Notes under the pieces: model-generated | Told to the model about the DNA's origin: nothing | Databases searched by the model: none | The model's input: only the letters and a program-made list of their open reading frames with translations | Assembly: GCA_965238225.1 (NCBI GenBank) | Contig: OZ250183.1 | Coordinates: 1,216,001-1,280,000 of the forward strand | From: Gammaproteobacteria bacterium | GTDB taxonomy: Bacteria > Pseudomonadota > Gammaproteobacteria > Eutrophobiales > Eutrophobiaceae | Length of the DNA stretch: 64,000 nucleotides | Direction: 5' to 3' | In this document: piece after piece, positions 42,148-52,831 of the stretch | Numbering within the stretch: position 1 is the stretch's first letter | Layout of the letters: each line of letters starts with the position of its first letter | Program-made: the position numbers and the translations under genes

Positions 42148-43125
42148 TTATTGCAACCTGACACGAGGGTCAACTAGGGTGTATGAAATATCCGTTAACA
42201 ATAAACCAATGATGTAAAGCACTGATCCTAAAAAAACCATGGAACGGACAATCGCAAAATCCTGACTGCTGATGGCATCGATGGTGTAACTTCCCAAGCC
42301 TGGGATAGAGAAAAATGATTCAGTAATCAATGAACCCATAAATAATAACGGCAAAATCACCACTACACCGGTAAGAATTGGAATCATGCCATTCCTTAAT
42401 ACATGGCGATATAACACTATATGTTCTGGTAGACCTTTTGCTCTTGCTGTGCGTACATAATCTTTACCCATTTCTTCAAGAAATATAGTGCGATACCAAC
42501 GTGTGCTGGAACCAATGCTGCTGATAAGACCAAGAAAAATTGGCAGAATAATAAACTTTATTGAATTAAGTCCTGTGTCATATCCTGAGATAGGTGTTAA
42601 ATGTAATAGTTTGCCGATAACAACTTGACCCCAGATGATATAAAACAAACTGGAGATGGACATCATCATTACACAGAACACAACGCCCCATATATCAAGA
42701 TAACTTGCTCGAAAAAAAGAAAGTGTCAGACCAAAGACAATGTAGGTTAAAAGACCAAAGAAAAAACTAGGCAATGAAATAGATAAACTAGGCCACATTC
42801 TTTGACTGATATCATAACTAATATCTCTGCCACTGTCGGAACGACCAAAATCAAATACAAATAAACGCACTGAATTTTGGAAGAAGATTGTATCGGTTAT
42901 TTTACCGCTTCCAGTTGCTTTGGAATTCCAGAGCGTAGGTTTATCGTAACCACGTTCGTGTTTCCATTTTTCTATAGCCTCTATTGTCACGCGTTTTTGA
43001 CCTAAATGCATACGCGCCATATCGTCTGGTGTATTCACCACAAAAAATAAAAGAAAAGTTATTATATTCACGCCGATTAAAATAGGAATAGCATAAAAAA
43101 ATCTGCGAATTATATAGGCTGTCAT
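42148..43125 (-). CDS. Peptide ABC transporter permease (OppB-like)
   Basis: DYVRTARAKGL, ESFFSIPGLG, DISYTLVDPRV. Confidence 0.92.
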   Translation of the reverse strand: MTAYIIRRFFYAIPILIGVNIITFLLFFVVNTPDDMARMHLGQKRVTIEAIEKWKHERGYDKPTLWNSKATGSGKITDTIFFQNSVRLFVFDFGRSDSGRDISYDISQRMWPSLSISLPSFFFGLLTYIVFGLTLSFFRASYLDIWGVVFCVMMMSISSLFYIIWGQVVIGKLLHLTPISGYDTGLNSIKFIILPIFLGLISSIGSSTRWYRTIFLEEMGKDYVRTARAKGLPEHIVLYRHVLRNGMIPILTGVVVILPLLFMGSLITESFFSIPGLGSYTIDAISSQDFAIVRSMVFLGSVLYIIGLLLTDISYTLVDPRVRLQ

Positions 43126-45284
43126 AATGCTGCAGACCTTTCTTTACGTTTATGATACCTAAGCGCTGGAATGATACTCAAACTCAAAGCGATAATGGTA
43201 AAAATCACAGGCCACCAGACAGGATGATTCCATTGTTCGCGTTGCGCTTTGCGTTTAACTGGATCGATACGTTTATATTTCAATGTATTATTTGCCATCA
43301 AATTTGGTTTGACATTTTTATACCAGTCGTGATGCAAGGAAAATGTAACGGGGTGATACCCCCATAACCAAGGAGATTCTCTTCGCAAAATCTCAACCAT
43401 CTCATCTATAATTAATTGCCGTGTTTCACCATTATTTATATTTTTCATTTGATTAAACAGTCGATCAAATTCCTCGTTCTTATAGTTAGATGCATTTTCA
43501 CCATTAATCCCAAACTTGGCATTGGGGCCATAAAGCAAGAACATGAAATTTTCCGGATCTGGGTAATCTGCATTCCAGCCCCATTGATATATCTGCGCAG
43601 TACCTTTCAACATTTTGCCCTGGAAGCGATTATAATCCGTCGCCCGAACCACTAGGGTAATCCCCAACTTATTAAATTGTTTACGTAACCAGTCGAGATT
43701 TGCCTTGCTGCCTGGCCCTGCAGCGGGCGTATCTAAATACAACACTAAACCCTGTCCAGTCTGCATATCTTTACCATTGGGGTATCCAGCTTCTGCCATA
43801 AGTTTTCTTGCGAAGTCTATGGATTTACGTTTAGCCTTGCCATTGACCCAGTCATAGACATAAGGATTAATGCCTGCTGCACCTTGTCTATTGCCAAAAA
43901 TTCCTGGAGGAATAAGTCCTTGTGCCGGAACACCACGGCCATTGGCAAAGATACTAATAAATTCCTCAAAATCTACGGCAATAGCAACAGCCTGTCTTAG
44001 TAGTCGGGCACGTACGCTTTCTCCGCCAACAATTTCATCACGCATATTAAATCCGGTATAGAACGTCGAAGTCGTTACTGCTGTCAGCAATTGAATATTT
44101 TTCTCTTGCATCTCTTTCGTTAAAGCTACCTCACCTTGAGTATTGAATTGTATTGTCTGATCAAAACTATCAGAGACGATTCCTGAAGTATCATAATAGC
44201 CTTGTAGAAATTTGTTCCATATGGGGATAGATTCTTTTTCCAGACTGAAGATTGCTTTATCAACAAAAGGCATGGCTTTGCCAGCATCTTCTAATAAGCC
44301 TCGCGCAAGATCACCTTCTGAGCCTTCTTCTGGAAAAGTTTCACCGCGAAAATTTGGATTTCTTTCGAGCACTATTCGACGGTTCGGATTATTCTCAGTC
44401 AACATAAATGGACCTGTGCCTATTGGGTACCAGTTCAGGGTAATGTTTCTATCAGACATCCCGTCTTGTGAATAAAATAGATCTGCCTCCCATGGCATAG
44501 GCGCGAAAAATGACATAGACAGCCAATACAAAAATTGAGGATATTTTTCTTTTAGGATAATTTCAAAACTTGTCTCATCAATAACCTTGGCACCATCAAA
44601 ATCATATTTTCTCAGATCAATATAAGTTGATGCTCCTTTTTTAAATGTTGCGGCTTCGTTTGAAATTCGTTTGCTGAGTTCGGATAAACCAAGAATGTAT
44701 TGGCTCATTAATCCTGCAATAGGTGAGTGTATATTCGGGTGCACCATGCGTTTGATCTGATAAACATAATCTGCGGCAGTCAATACCCTTGTACCTCTCT
44801 CCTTAAAATCGGCAAGCGTATGAACACCTCTTAGATCAATTTCTTTAAGGTTATGATAAATATAAGCACCTGTTTTTTCTGTGGCCAAAGCCGGGTGCGG
44901 CTGATACAACACCCCCGGTTTAATTGTGATTCTGTAAATTACCCTAGCTATTTTCTCAGATGGCAACTCTTCATCAGTAACATTACCTTGTTCATCCTGA
45001 TAAACAGGCGTGGGCATTTCAGTTGCCGTTAACGGTACAAGCTGGTACGGGCGTTTTAGAAAGTGATACTGCAAAGGTGGTTCATAAATTTGCCCAAGAA
45101 ATACATACTCATTCGAGCTATATGATCGCGCAGGATCAAGGTGCTTGGGTCTTTCTGAAAACGTGTCGTAATAAATATTCCTGCCGCTTTCCGATTTTGG
45201 ATATGGATTGTTTAAAGTCGAATCTGAACAAGCTGAAATTAAACCAAATGCTAACAACAAAAATATTGTATAAGTAGTATACAT
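43122..45284 (-). CDS. Peptide ABC transporter substrate-binding lipoprotein (family 5)
   Basis: Lipobox ISAC, PKHLDPARSY, PIGTGPF, WNADYPDPENF. Confidence 0.9.
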   Translation of the reverse strand: MYTTYTIFLLLAFGLISACSDSTLNNPYPKSESGRNIYYDTFSERPKHLDPARSYSSNEYVFLGQIYEPPLQYHFLKRPYQLVPLTATEMPTPVYQDEQGNVTDEELPSEKIARVIYRITIKPGVLYQPHPALATEKTGAYIYHNLKEIDLRGVHTLADFKERGTRVLTAADYVYQIKRMVHPNIHSPIAGLMSQYILGLSELSKRISNEAATFKKGASTYIDLRKYDFDGAKVIDETSFEIILKEKYPQFLYWLSMSFFAPMPWEADLFYSQDGMSDRNITLNWYPIGTGPFMLTENNPNRRIVLERNPNFRGETFPEEGSEGDLARGLLEDAGKAMPFVDKAIFSLEKESIPIWNKFLQGYYDTSGIVSDSFDQTIQFNTQGEVALTKEMQEKNIQLLTAVTTSTFYTGFNMRDEIVGGESVRARLLRQAVAIAVDFEEFISIFANGRGVPAQGLIPPGIFGNRQGAAGINPYVYDWVNGKAKRKSIDFARKLMAEAGYPNGKDMQTGQGLVLYLDTPAAGPGSKANLDWLRKQFNKLGITLVVRATDYNRFQGKMLKGTAQIYQWGWNADYPDPENFMFLLYGPNAKFGINGENASNYKNEEFDRLFNQMKNINNGETRQLIIDEMVEILRRESPWLWGYHPVTFSLHHDWYKNVKPNLMANNTLKYKRIDPVKRKAQREQWNHPVWWPVIFTIIALSLSIIPALRYHKRKERSAAL

Positions 45285-45434
45285 CTAACTTGTCTTTATT
45301 ATTTGTAAATATGAAATCTATACTTTTGATTATATATTCTTCTCAAGAAAATATAACTTAATATATAGCATATCTATAATGCATTCATTGTAGTATTATT
45401 CGAGCTACGTTAAACAACCATAAATATTTTAACT

Positions 45435-46211
45435 ATGGGTTTTTTGAAAGATAAGCGTGCATTAATTGTTGGCGTTGCCAGCAACCGTTCGATCGCTTGG
45501 GGAATTGCAAAGGCAATGCATCGTGAAGGTGCCAAATTGGCGTTCACTTACCAAAACGACAAACTAAAAGGTCGCGTTGAAAAATTTGCAGGCCAACTCG
45601 GTTCAGAAATTACCATGCCCTGTGATATCGGCAGCGATGAAGAAATCAATAAAGTATATGCAGGCCTTAGAAAACATTGGGATGGTCTTGATATCCTGAT
45701 ACATTCAGCGGCATTTGCGCCAAGAGAACAGCTTGAAGGTGACTACATAGACAGTGTCACCCGTGAAGGATTCCTTATGGCTCATGATATAAGCTCATAT
45801 AGTTTTACTGCCTTGGGAAAGACTCTTAGGCCAATGATGGTGGGCAGAAATGGTGCGATGCTGACTTTGACTTATATCGGTGCTATACGCTCTATGCCTA
45901 ACTACAATGTAATGGGGCTCGCCAAGGCCAGTCTTGAAGCCAATGTTCGTTATATGGCTCATAATCTTGGCCCTAAAAATATACGCGTCAATGCGATTTC
46001 AGCAGGCCCAATTAGAACATTGGCTGCATCAGGGATAAATGGCTTGAAAGATTTTCTACATCATATTGAAAAGACTGCTCCATTACGCAGGAATATCACC
46101 ATAGACGAAGTCGGTAATGTGGCTGCATTTCTATGTTCAGATTTGGCTTCTGCAATCACTGGCGAAATCACCTATGTTGATTGTGGATATAATTCTATAG
46201 GCATAGGCTAA
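45435..46211 (+). CDS. fabI: Enoyl-ACP reductase
   Basis: [38 protein letters not shown]. Confidence 0.97.
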   Translation: MGFLKDKRALIVGVASNRSIAWGIAKAMHREGAKLAFTYQNDKLKGRVEKFAGQLGSEITMPCDIGSDEEINKVYAGLRKHWDGLDILIHSAAFAPREQLEGDYIDSVTREGFLMAHDISSYSFTALGKTLRPMMVGRNGAMLTLTYIGAIRSMPNYNVMGLAKASLEANVRYMAHNLGPKNIRVNAISAGPIRTLAASGINGLKDFLHHIEKTAPLRRNITIDEVGNVAAFLCSDLASAITGEITYVDCGYNSIGIG

Positions 46212-46224
46212 AGCACTTTAAACA

Positions 46225-47433
46225 ATGCCCTCTCAAAATCACAATTTCCTTATCTGGGCAATTTTTGCTGGTGCTGTAGGCGGAATTCTCTCAGGTTGGT
46301 ATTTTGGTGCAGCCATGTTGGCTATTGAGTGGATAGGCATCTTATTCTTAAACGCTCTAAAGATGACAATTATTCCATTGATAGTCGCCGCAATAATTAC
46401 TGGCGTGGCATCTATGGGAGATATCCGCAAGTTAGGCAGAGTGGGCGGCCTGACTATTCTTTATTATGCCTGCACAACTGCACTGGCCGTTTTAATAGGC
46501 TTGCTCGTTGTTAATATTATTCAGCCTGGCAATGGTATGGCGGAACTGAGTAATAGCATTCCGGAAAAGGTCTCTGAAAAAGAGGGTATGGGTTTTAAAG
46601 ATATTATCCTTTCATTGGTTCATCCAAATCTTCTCGGGGCTGCCATCGAAAATAAATTACTGCCGATAATAGTCTTCTCTCTTTTCTTTGCGGCGGCCTT
46701 AACAACGATTGGTGAAAGAGGAACACCCGTCATACGTTTTTTTGATGGTCTCAATGAAATCATGATGAAGCTCATTATCTGGATAATATACCTAGCACCT
46801 GTGGGTATCTTTGCCCTGATCGCTGCACGCCTAGGTGCGACAGGAGGCGGGGATGCCTTCTGGAAAGAAATCAGTTCAGTCGGCTGGTATTGTATTGCGG
46901 TGATACTCGGTTTATTTCTTCACTTCTTGCTGCTAATTGCTATCCTCAAAACGTTTAGTAATCGTGGACTGGCTTATGCAAAACAAATGATACGTGCACT
47001 CATCACAGCATTTGGCACAGCGAGCTCCTCAGCAACCCTGCCGATTACCATGGAATGTGCAGTTGAAGCTGGTGTTGATAAACGTGCAGTTAAGTTTGTC
47101 TTGCCGTTAGGTGCCACGGTAAATATGGATGGCACAGCATTGTATGAAGCCATCGCTGTCATGTTTATTGCTCAGGCTTACGGATATAGCATGGGCATCA
47201 CAGAACAAATGATTATTTTTATCACCGCAACACTCGCTGCCATTGGTGCAGCAGGCATCCCTCAAGCAGGCCTAGTCACCATGGTAATCGTTCTAACTGC
47301 GGTGAACCTGCCTTTAGAAGGTATAGGTATGTTATTGGCAGTAGACTGGTTTCTCGACCGTTTCCGAACCATGGTCAATGTCTGGGGGGACAGCACTGGT
47401 GCTGCAGTCATTGAAAAGGTAATTCCTGATTAA
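46225..47433 (+). CDS. Dicarboxylate/amino acid:cation symporter (DAACS family)
   Basis: TASSSATLP, GATVNMDGTALY, AIGAAGIPQAG, LDRFRTMVNV. Confidence 0.92.
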   Translation: MPSQNHNFLIWAIFAGAVGGILSGWYFGAAMLAIEWIGILFLNALKMTIIPLIVAAIITGVASMGDIRKLGRVGGLTILYYACTTALAVLIGLLVVNIIQPGNGMAELSNSIPEKVSEKEGMGFKDIILSLVHPNLLGAAIENKLLPIIVFSLFFAAALTTIGERGTPVIRFFDGLNEIMMKLIIWIIYLAPVGIFALIAARLGATGGGDAFWKEISSVGWYCIAVILGLFLHFLLLIAILKTFSNRGLAYAKQMIRALITAFGTASSSATLPITMECAVEAGVDKRAVKFVLPLGATVNMDGTALYEAIAVMFIAQAYGYSMGITEQMIIFITATLAAIGAAGIPQAGLVTMVIVLTAVNLPLEGIGMLLAVDWFLDRFRTMVNVWGDSTGAAVIEKVIPD

Positions 47434-47500
47434 AGATTGCCGATAATACTTATTCATGGAATCAAAATTATTTAATACAACTATTTATCTAGCTTAAATA

Positions 47501-49405
47501 TTAAAGCTTATTTAAATCTTTGCTGATACTTGCCTTATCCATCAGGGCATCAACAAACAAAAACCATTCATCACTAGACTTTGATTCAAGTAATGTTGAT
47601 TTAGTTTTCTCAACATCTACATCTAACAAGGTCTCCCGATCCGGGTATTGAACGTTTGAAACAGCCAGCACGGCGTAATTTTCCTTGTCAATTTCTACTC
47701 CAGAAAATTTTAAACTATCTTCCTGGGGCTTGCCGAGTTTGAAAGCAGTGCGTAATATCTTCCTATTAACCGAGACATCATCACGAATCACAGCATCTGC
47801 TTGTTCCCATTCAAATTCAAACATCTCTGATACTTGAAAAAGGTCTGATCCTTGCCTAAGTTCCTTAAGAATTTTTTCGCCTTTTTCCTGCTGTAATTTA
47901 CTTGCTTGCTCAGATTTAAGTATTTGTATAATTTGCTCTGTAACTTCTTCAAGCGGCTTTTTCTCGGCAGGCAAATATTCCAACACCTGTAAAACAATAA
48001 GATGATCATTATTTAATTCGATTGCTTCGCTATTTTGGCCAGATTTTATTATTTCCTTATTAAAACTTGCGGAGAGCACTTTAGGGTTAGCCAATACACC
48101 GCTTGCATTAGTCCTGTCAAAAAAATCACTCTCCTGCACCTCAATACCAATTTCTTCAGCAGCAACTTCCAGTGAATCTGCATGCTCGTAAGTAAGTGTA
48201 ACGAGCTTATCAGCCAAATTAAAGTATTTATATTCTGCTTCTGATTTTTTATAATCTTTTTCAACTATTTCTCTGGATCTTTCAAAGATATTTTTAATAC
48301 CGCCTTTAATGCCTGTGACTTTGAATATATGCAACCCTTTGTTAGTCCTTTCAACTTCACTTAGCTCACCTTCATTCATGGAAAATACAATCTCATTAAC
48401 TTCTTTATGCAAAACATCTTTGGCAATGTAGCCATGTTCACTCACCAGCATATCAGGTTTTAAACCATCATCATGTTTTTCAGAGATTTCTGCAAACGAA
48501 ACACCTGACTCAATTAATGCTCTTATTTTTTCTGCTTTATTCTTTGCAAGCAAAACCTCTTCAGCTTCAGCTTCAGGCGAAAGTTTTATATCAACAATAT
48601 CAACCTTCCGCTGCTCTGGCACATCATATTTGTCTTTATTGTTGTCATAATAAATACGCATATCTTCCTCTGTAGCTTCTATTGTTTCGGTCAATTTCTC
48701 TACAGATAATTCAAGATAGGCGATCTCGACTTGTTCTGGTTGTAATAATCCCTGACTTGTCTTGTCATAATATTGCTCAATTTCATCATCATTTATCTCA
48801 ATCGAATCTTTAACTTCATCTGCAAGTAATATTACATAAGATAAATCACGCGTTTGTTTTTTAATCCTAGTAAGCCGCAACGCTTCTTCTTCAAATGCAA
48901 ACGCACTGTCTGTCACTGCGCTTTGTAATTGCTGTGCCATCATTTCCACACGTAATCGATTCTCAAAGATTGCAGGAGTCATACCCATTTGCATAATTCT
49001 TCTTTCATAATTAGCATGATCAAACCCATACTCACTGTCAAACGCATCAATATCTTTGACTGCCTCTCTAATTGCTGAATCGCTGATATGCAATCCGTTG
49101 TCAATCGCCGCTTGGCTGATAACTGCATCTTTAATTAATTGATCCAAGGTCTGTTTTTTTAATAATTCCTCTTCATTGGAATCAAGTGGCTTATTAGTAT
49201 ATTTTCGCATTTGATCGCGGAAGTTGTTGTACGTTTGCTGGAATTGTCTCAGATTAATATCTTCACCATTAACTGATGCAACCACAGGCTCTGATCCTTG
49301 ATCAGAAAAATTAATTCCCCACACTGCGAAGGTGATGATAATCAGGAACATGATGGCGCCAGCAACCCAGCCTGTAATCCAATTTCTAATTTTTTGCATT
49401 AACAT
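47501..49405 (-). CDS. ppiD: Periplasmic folding chaperone PpiD (SurA N-terminal domain plus parvulin-like domain)
   Basis: N-terminal TM, VASVNGEDI; conserved position downstream of hupB. Confidence 0.85.
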   Translation of the reverse strand: MLMQKIRNWITGWVAGAIMFLIIITFAVWGINFSDQGSEPVVASVNGEDINLRQFQQTYNNFRDQMRKYTNKPLDSNEEELLKKQTLDQLIKDAVISQAAIDNGLHISDSAIREAVKDIDAFDSEYGFDHANYERRIMQMGMTPAIFENRLRVEMMAQQLQSAVTDSAFAFEEEALRLTRIKKQTRDLSYVILLADEVKDSIEINDDEIEQYYDKTSQGLLQPEQVEIAYLELSVEKLTETIEATEEDMRIYYDNNKDKYDVPEQRKVDIVDIKLSPEAEAEEVLLAKNKAEKIRALIESGVSFAEISEKHDDGLKPDMLVSEHGYIAKDVLHKEVNEIVFSMNEGELSEVERTNKGLHIFKVTGIKGGIKNIFERSREIVEKDYKKSEAEYKYFNLADKLVTLTYEHADSLEVAAEEIGIEVQESDFFDRTNASGVLANPKVLSASFNKEIIKSGQNSEAIELNNDHLIVLQVLEYLPAEKKPLEEVTEQIIQILKSEQASKLQQEKGEKILKELRQGSDLFQVSEMFEFEWEQADAVIRDDVSVNRKILRTAFKLGKPQEDSLKFSGVEIDKENYAVLAVSNVQYPDRETLLDVDVEKTKSTLLESKSSDEWFLFVDALMDKASISKDLNKL

Positions 49406-49517
49406 ATATTTATTAACTACCTATACATTATCTAACAATTTATTTCTTACTGCTAATTCGTCTTTATGGTATAGCTACGTTCAATATCAAATATAACACC
49501 TTGGTATAAAACCGGAA

Positions 49518-49547
49518 GCGGGCACGCCCTGCAATGGGAGTGCCCGC
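49518..49547. terminator. GC-rich hairpin downstream of tRNA-Asp
   Basis: GCGGGCAC...GTGCCCGC stem; the U-tract on the minus strand is weak. Confidence 0.4.
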
Positions 49548-49555
49548 AAAATTAT

Positions 49556-49632
49556 TGGCGGAGTGGACGGGACTCGAACCCGCGACCACCGGCGTGACAG
49601 GCCGGTATTCTAACCAACTGAACTACCACTCC
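49556..49632 (-). tRNA. tRNA-Asp (GUC)
   Basis: Cloverleaf, anticodon arm CCGGC-CUGUCAC-GCCGG, CCA end. Confidence 0.96.
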
Positions 49633-49640
49633 GGTATGAT

Positions 49641-49716
49641 TGGTGGGTGCTGAGAGGCTCGAACTCCCGACATTCGCCGTGTAAAGGCGACGCTCTACCA
49701 ACTGAGCTAAGCACCC
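49641..49716 (-). tRNA. tRNA-Val (UAC)
   Basis: Cloverleaf, anticodon loop UUUACAC, CCA end. Confidence 0.96.
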
Positions 49717-49743
49717 AAGGCCAGTGTCTTTCTAGAGTATGTG

Positions 49744-50016
49744 CTAGTTGATAGCGTCTTTCAGTGCTTTACCAGGTTTAAATCCTGGTGCCTTAGAAGC
49801 ATTGATGCTGATCTCGTCGCCAGTCCTTGGGTTACGGCCAATTCTTGCTTTACGATGACGTACAGAAAATGTTCCAAAACCAACCAAAGTAACGGTATCG
49901 CCTTTTTTCAAGGCTTTTGTAATCCCCTCAATAGCAGCATCAAGTGCACGTCCTGCAGATGACTTTGATAAATCAGCGGAGTCAGAGATAGATTCAATTA
50001 ATTCAGCTTTGTTCAT
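49744..50016 (-). CDS. hupB: DNA-binding protein HU
   Basis: MNKAELI, LVGFGTF, GRNPRTG; downstream of lon. Confidence 0.95.
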   Translation of the reverse strand: MNKAELIESISDSADLSKSSAGRALDAAIEGITKALKKGDTVTLVGFGTFSVRHRKARIGRNPRTGDEISINASKAPGFKPGKALKDAIN

Positions 50017-50200
50017 TGTATATATTCCTCTTTAAAAAAAGTAAAAAAATCACTAACAACCGTGAGATAAGCTAGTGAAGCCAACTGTCCTGATGAATGC
50101 GGTTAAGGATGTTTTTCCAAGGTGGATTTTATACCAAGCAGTTAAATGTCAGTCAAGTAAATCAACCGGAAAACAGCAATTTTATTTACTTTATTTTTGA

Positions 50201-52612
50201 TTAATGTGGTCTGACTATATCCTTGCCTGACTCTGAAATGACTTCATCAGATTTAACCATGCCTGATGATCTATCATTCTTAGAGAGTGGCTTAGGCATA
50301 TTTTTTAATGCAATCTCAAGCACTTCATCTATCCATCTCACAGACTGAATGGATAAATTCTCCTTAATGTTGTCAGGAATCTCCGCGAGCTCTCTTTCAT
50401 TTTCTTCAGGGATGAGCACTATTTCAATTCCACCACGTAATGCTGCCAATAATTTTTCCTTAAGGCCGCCAATAGGCAATATCTCGCCACGTAAAGTTAT
50501 TTCTCCGGTCATAGCAACATTTGCTTTTACCGGTATGCCTGTAATTGCAGAAACTATAGATACACACATAGCGCCACCAGCACTAGGCCCATCTTTTGGT
50601 GTCGCACCCTCGGGGACATGGATATGGAAATCGTGCTCCTTATAAACATCTGCGGCAATCCCAAGCCTTGTGCTGCGACTTTTGACCACTGTCATTGCTG
50701 CTTCTATCGATTCTTGCATAACATCGCCCAACTGTCCGGTTCTAGTGGCCTTGCCCTTGCCTGGAACAATGGCTGTTTCTATTGTTAGCAGGTCTCCGCC
50801 TGCCTCTGTCCATGCCAATCCAGTAACCTGACCTACTCTATCTTCTTCTTCAGCCCGCCCAAATCGATAGCGCTTCACCCCGATTAAATCAGTCAAACTT
50901 TCAGGGATGACATGAACGCATTTTGTTGTAGGATCGTCTAATATTTTCTTGACAGTCTTACGACATATGCTGGCGATTTCCCTATCAAGATTACGCACAC
51001 CAGCTTCATGCGAGTAATAACGGATAATGTCTCGAATACTGTCTTCTTCAATTTTGATTTCATGTGTTTTCAGGCCATTTTTTTTCAGTTGTTTGGGAAC
51101 TAGATACTTAGTTGCAATGCTTATTTTTTCATCTTCGGTATAACCCGAGATACGAATGATTTCCATCCTATCAAGCAAGGGACCTGGAATATTCAGACTA
51201 TTCGCTGTTGTGACGAACATAATATCTGAAAGATCATAATCGACTTCAAGATAATGATCGGCAAAGGCATGATTTTGTTCAGGATCGAGCACTTCTAATA
51301 ATGCAGAAGCCGGGTCGCCACGAAAATCCATGGCCATTTTATCTATTTCATCGAATAAAAAGAGTGGGTTTTTCTTTCCAACTTTAGCCATACTCTGAAC
51401 AATCTGTCCTGGCATAGAGCCAATATAAGTTCTTCTATGGCCTCGTATTTCGGCCTCATCGCGCACACCGCCCAATGACATACGACAGAACTTTCTGTTG
51501 GTCGCACGGGCGATAGATTCTCCGAGTGAAGTCTTACCAACTCCAGCAGGACCCACCAGACATAAAATCGGACCTTTCATTTTACGTACGCGATTTTGCA
51601 CTGCCAGATATTCCAGTATTCTTTCCTTAACTTTTTCTAGGCCATAGTGGTCTTCATCCAAAATCCTTTTGGCTTTAGCCAAGTCGCGACTAATCCTGCT
51701 GCGAGTCTTCCAGGGAACATTCATTAACCAGTCGATATAATTTCGAACCACAGTCGCTTCAGCAGACATGGGTGACATCATCTTCAACTTATTTAATTCG
51801 GAAGTGGCTTTATTTTTTGCCTCTTTAGACATGCCTAAAGTTTCAATCTTATTAGCAATATCTTCGATCTCATTGGGGGCATCTTCTATATCGCCCAACT
51901 CTTTCTGAATTGCCTTCATTTGCTCATTCAGATAATACTCACGCTGGCCTTTTTCCATTTGCGATTTGACGCGTCCGCGAATACGTTTTTCGACATGCAT
52001 CAGTTCAATTTCGGATTCCATAAGCCCAAGAATACATTCCAGTCTTTCTTCAATACTGAGCGTCTCCAGAATATTTTGTTTTTCTTCCATCTTAATCAGC
52101 ATATGTGCAGCCATGGTATCGGCCAATCTGCTTATATCATCAATACCTGAAAGTGAGGCAATCACCTCGGAAGGAATTTTATTGTTAAGCTTAACGTACT
52201 GTTCAAATTGATTAACAACCGATCGACTTAAGATCTCAAGTTCTTGCTTATCTTGGCTGACTGACTCAAGTCTTGAAGCGGTAACCAAAAAACTATTACT
52301 GGTCTCAGTAAAGCTGTCAATACTAACGCGATCATACCCTTCAACCAATACTTTTATCGTGCCATCAGGGAGTTTTAATAGCTGCAGGATATTGGCAATC
52401 GTACCAACAGAATAGATATCATCAATAGAAGGATCGTCATCAGATGCACGTTTCTGTGCAACAAGTAAGATCTTTTTGTTTCCTTCTATTGCCTTATCCA
52501 ATGCCTTGATAGATTTTTCTCTGCCTACAAATAAAGGCATTACCATGTGCGGGTACACCACAACATCCCTCAAAGGTAATGCCGAGTAACTATTTTTTTC
52601 TTTTATGTTCAT
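50201..52612 (-). CDS. lon: ATP-dependent protease La
   Basis: LPLRDVVVYP, GPAGVGKTS, PKDGPSAG, IGGLKEK. Confidence 0.98.
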   Translation of the reverse strand: MNIKEKNSYSALPLRDVVVYPHMVMPLFVGREKSIKALDKAIEGNKKILLVAQKRASDDDPSIDDIYSVGTIANILQLLKLPDGTIKVLVEGYDRVSIDSFTETSNSFLVTASRLESVSQDKQELEILSRSVVNQFEQYVKLNNKIPSEVIASLSGIDDISRLADTMAAHMLIKMEEKQNILETLSIEERLECILGLMESEIELMHVEKRIRGRVKSQMEKGQREYYLNEQMKAIQKELGDIEDAPNEIEDIANKIETLGMSKEAKNKATSELNKLKMMSPMSAEATVVRNYIDWLMNVPWKTRSRISRDLAKAKRILDEDHYGLEKVKERILEYLAVQNRVRKMKGPILCLVGPAGVGKTSLGESIARATNRKFCRMSLGGVRDEAEIRGHRRTYIGSMPGQIVQSMAKVGKKNPLFLFDEIDKMAMDFRGDPASALLEVLDPEQNHAFADHYLEVDYDLSDIMFVTTANSLNIPGPLLDRMEIIRISGYTEDEKISIATKYLVPKQLKKNGLKTHEIKIEEDSIRDIIRYYSHEAGVRNLDREIASICRKTVKKILDDPTTKCVHVIPESLTDLIGVKRYRFGRAEEEDRVGQVTGLAWTEAGGDLLTIETAIVPGKGKATRTGQLGDVMQESIEAAMTVVKSRSTRLGIAADVYKEHDFHIHVPEGATPKDGPSAGGAMCVSIVSAITGIPVKANVAMTGEITLRGEILPIGGLKEKLLAALRGGIEIVLIPEENERELAEIPDNIKENLSIQSVRWIDEVLEIALKNMPKPLSKNDRSSGMVKSDEVISESGKDIVRPH

Positions 52613-52691
52613 TTGTGATACTTGATCCTGTGATACTTGATCCTGATTTGAGTTTTACCTCATTGTGACCTGTGCCATCTTACAGAACTAT

Positions 52692-52718
52692 TATGTGGGC
52701 ATATATGTTTGTTTCAAG
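52692..52718 (-). promoter_or_regulatory. Candidate sigma32 heat-shock promoter of lon
   Basis: Minus strand CTTGAA-N13-CCCACATA, close to the CTTGAA/CCCCATnT consensus. Confidence 0.55.
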
Positions 52719-52831
52719 TGTATTTAACACGATATTTAAACTTAAACCGATACCGGATATACATATTGCCTTATCAGACAAATAATTGTCTAAGGTAAAT
52801 CATTCGCAAATAATATAAATTCATGAATGAG

